Below, one piece after another: positions 61,666 to 64,000 of a stretch of 64,000 nt of DNA (the first letter of the stretch is position 1; each line of letters begins with the position of its first letter). The stretch comes from Oikopleura dioica (taxonomy: Eukaryota > Animalia > Chordata). Position numbers and translations under genes: made by a program. Under the pieces are notes generated by a model, which searched no databases, was not told the origin of the DNA, and worked only from the letters and a program-made list of their open reading frames with translations. The stretch lies in the NCBI GenBank assembly GCA_907165135.1, contig OU015567.1, forward strand, positions 11,780,001 through 11,844,000. The letters run 5' to 3'.

Positions 61666-62113
61666 ATGGAGTCTTTCATCTTTATAGCCATTTTAGTTTC
61701 TGTGAGTGTCGCACTCCTGGCCATCGTTGCCTTTCAAGTTGGCCGAAGCGATTGGGGCCAGGAAAAGGTCAGAATCATGCAGAACGCATGGGAGGACCAG
61801 CGAGTCCAGTGGCTTGAAGAAAACCCGACTCTCGATGGTACTTACCTTGGGTTTATCTTCATTGCGCGTTTGTTAAAAGAATATTCTAGCGATCGTAAAG
61901 ATGTTCTCGAAGAAAGCCGAGTCCCTCGACTTGGCCAAAATGTGGAACGAGCTGACCTGGGAAAACGTCAAGGAAAAAATGACCTGGACTGAGGTGAAAG
62001 AAGCCATCTCAGCAAGCTCGTTTGAAATCAAACGAGAAGAGTACAAGATCGCCAGCTGGTTCAACGCAGTCAAGGCTGCTTGGTACGAAGAAGACGATCA
62101 ACAGGAAGATTGA
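61666..62113 (+). CDS. Two-exon small single-pass/secreted orphan protein (~130 aa, Trp-rich)
   Basis: Hydrophobic N-terminus. In-frame intron GATG|GTACTT...TTCTAG|CG joins ORF 61666 to ORF 61901-62113. Confidence 0.6.
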
Positions 62114-62940
62114 TCAAAAAATTTTTTCATTTATTTATTCTTTTTGTTAGTTATACAGTATATTCACCACCCTGCCACTTACACTGAATAAATATTCACA
62201 AATTGAAACTCGGCGCGCAATCGATGCAGCCCAAAAAGCAGGCGCCATAACGCGCACACATGCGGGAGAGCACGGTGTTCCACTCGCGCTCCGTTCCCCA
62301 TCGCTTCCGGCCTTTGTGGCTAAGATCAAGTGTAGTATCTGTTCTTCTCAGTGTGACAGCTGGGACCGTCCCTACTGGGACGTCTATTGTCACCCTGATT
62401 TTTGGAACTAGGGATGTAGTTAGGGGCTTGCTCCGCTCTTCCCACGGGTTGACTCGCTATTGCAGTACCGGCGAGCTCGGCCCACTCCCCCACGGGGGAG
62501 AAACATAATCGGAACAAACATGAAAACCCGGTAACAGCCGAATAAATACCGTAACTAGTTATTCTCATTTGGGCCAGCTGTCAGGGGATATCCCGCTTCC
62601 GAAATATGTACTACCGTTTGCCATTTTCTCAGAAGCAGGGCCGGATTACCGGTCAGAGTCAACACGATTCCTGAGCGCTAAATACGAATCAGAACTCAAA
62701 GAGCATGAGTACGAGAAACTCACAAATAAAAAACGAAGAAGTTTTCTGTCGAGGGTGCCATTGTACAGGAACACTCTATGTTTCCAATGGACAGGTCAAC
62801 CTTGTTCCTTTCCCGTCTAAGCCCCACTTCTTCACCCAGAAGTTCGGCGTTATCTTTCACAAACAGTAAGATCAATAAATAATTCAAAATCTTGATTGAA
62901 TATTAGCGGTGGCGGTACCAATCGACAATGGGCTGCGTAC

Positions 62941-64000
62941 ATGAGTTTGGGAACAATTTTCTGGTTATCAATAGTGCTAATAACAAATTATATTGGGCTC
63001 GAGAAGCTCACTTCTCATCTGACCTTCTTGACAACTACGTGCAATAGAGAATACAAAGTTTGCATCCAGCGTGGTCTCTTTTATGATGACTGTGTTGATG
63101 CATTTGATGACTGCAGAGGGACGAAAGTATTTAAATTCCCAGAATATCATCATTATTTGGAAGCTCATATTCGAAGGCCGATTGTACAAGACATGTATAA
63201 TTACACAGAACTTGAACAGATAACGAATCGCAAAAGATGCAAGAGTTATGAGTTTTACGACTTAAAGATTTGCAGGTCTCTCTGTCCTATTCAGGGCGAG
63301 GGAGTTTTAGAATGCAACACGATATGTCGCCAACTTCTTGGGAGTAAAACTGGACTTTGGGGACTTATATGTCCTGGAGACGAGCTATGCCCAAATGGAT
63401 GTCCATGTCCGCATTATGAGTGTGAACAGATTTCAGATAATAGCATGCTTCAAGTTGGTTGGTACTCTGGACACTTGGATGATTATTTTGACCCGGCATT
63501 AATCGGGCCTGTTGTTATGAACTCGTGGTATGAACTCTCGGAGTTGACAATCATGAGGATTGATGGATCCTTACTTGCCCTCTATGACTATAGAACTGGT
63601 AACAAGACTATTTATAAAAACGTTCATTTTGGAAGACCATATGGGGTAAACTCTGGATGGAATGGACATAATTTTGGGGGGTTTGAACGTCCTGATGCTG
63701 ATTATTACGATTCGTATGGTAACGCGGTTCATTGGGCACCAGCTGAAGTGGACAAGAATAATGTTTATGTCATGCAAGCAGAACCAGCGACTTCGGTTTT
63801 CTACGAAGGAAGGATTTTATAGTTCTTCTCTAAAGATTCTGCAGCGATTTGAAATAATAATTTATCCTTCTAAAGATGAACATTATTTAGTAACTATGGA
63901 TTTGAGGGTGTTCAAGCTCCTTCATGATGGGAACATAGATGATCTTAACCTAGACATTGACCATCGCAGGATGTTCCGTTATGAAAGGATAAAATTTAAT
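62941..64000 (+). CDS. Cys-rich secreted or type II membrane protein, running off the window edge
   Basis: Hydrophobic N-terminus, C-x-rich block ending CPGDELCPNGCPCPHYEC. An inferred GA-AG intron (63809-63875) joins an open frame that reaches 64000. Confidence 0.7.

Noticed and set aside
62140-62830. Possible LTR or minus-strand gene between the small membrane gene and the Cys-rich gene
   Set aside because: There is no second LTR, primer-binding site or gag/pol motif, and the short ORFs cannot be joined convincingly.

Overview
Compact animal genomic DNA with many ~40-130 bp introns, short intergenic gaps and several non-canonical GA-AG, GC-AG and GG-AG introns. This profile best fits the larvacean tunicate Oikopleura (inference). 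About 25 protein-coding loci can be reconstructed. Recognisable ones are CHPF, CDK20, an NTP-transferase, DNAAF2/kintoun, ABHD14A-like, two chitin-binding genes, ELOVL, a tandem ACSL pair, a PLA2-fold secreted protein, a tandem UBE2J/Ubc6-like pair, EXT1, PDHA1, AP1G1, an MPP-type MAGUK, IAH1 and PDE12; the rest are orphans. The window also holds a U4 snRNA gene and eight copies of non-autonomous DNA elements. Highlights: (1) two Ubc6-family E2 enzymes whose membrane anchor is replaced by a basic, SIM-like tail, about 8 kb from a large disordered gene with several SIM-like cores (a possible SUMO-directed ubiquitin module). (2) A hAT-type element inserted into another copy of itself in the opposite orientation, with both 8-bp target-site duplications (TSDs) intact, at the predicted start site of a domain-swapped chitin-binding gene duplicate. 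(3) A deletion junction with a templated inverted insertion typical of alternative end-joining. (4) An ELOVL gene in which 4 of 7 inferred introns are non-GT. Exon boundaries were derived by hand from the sequence and recalled homologue sequences; no searches were run.
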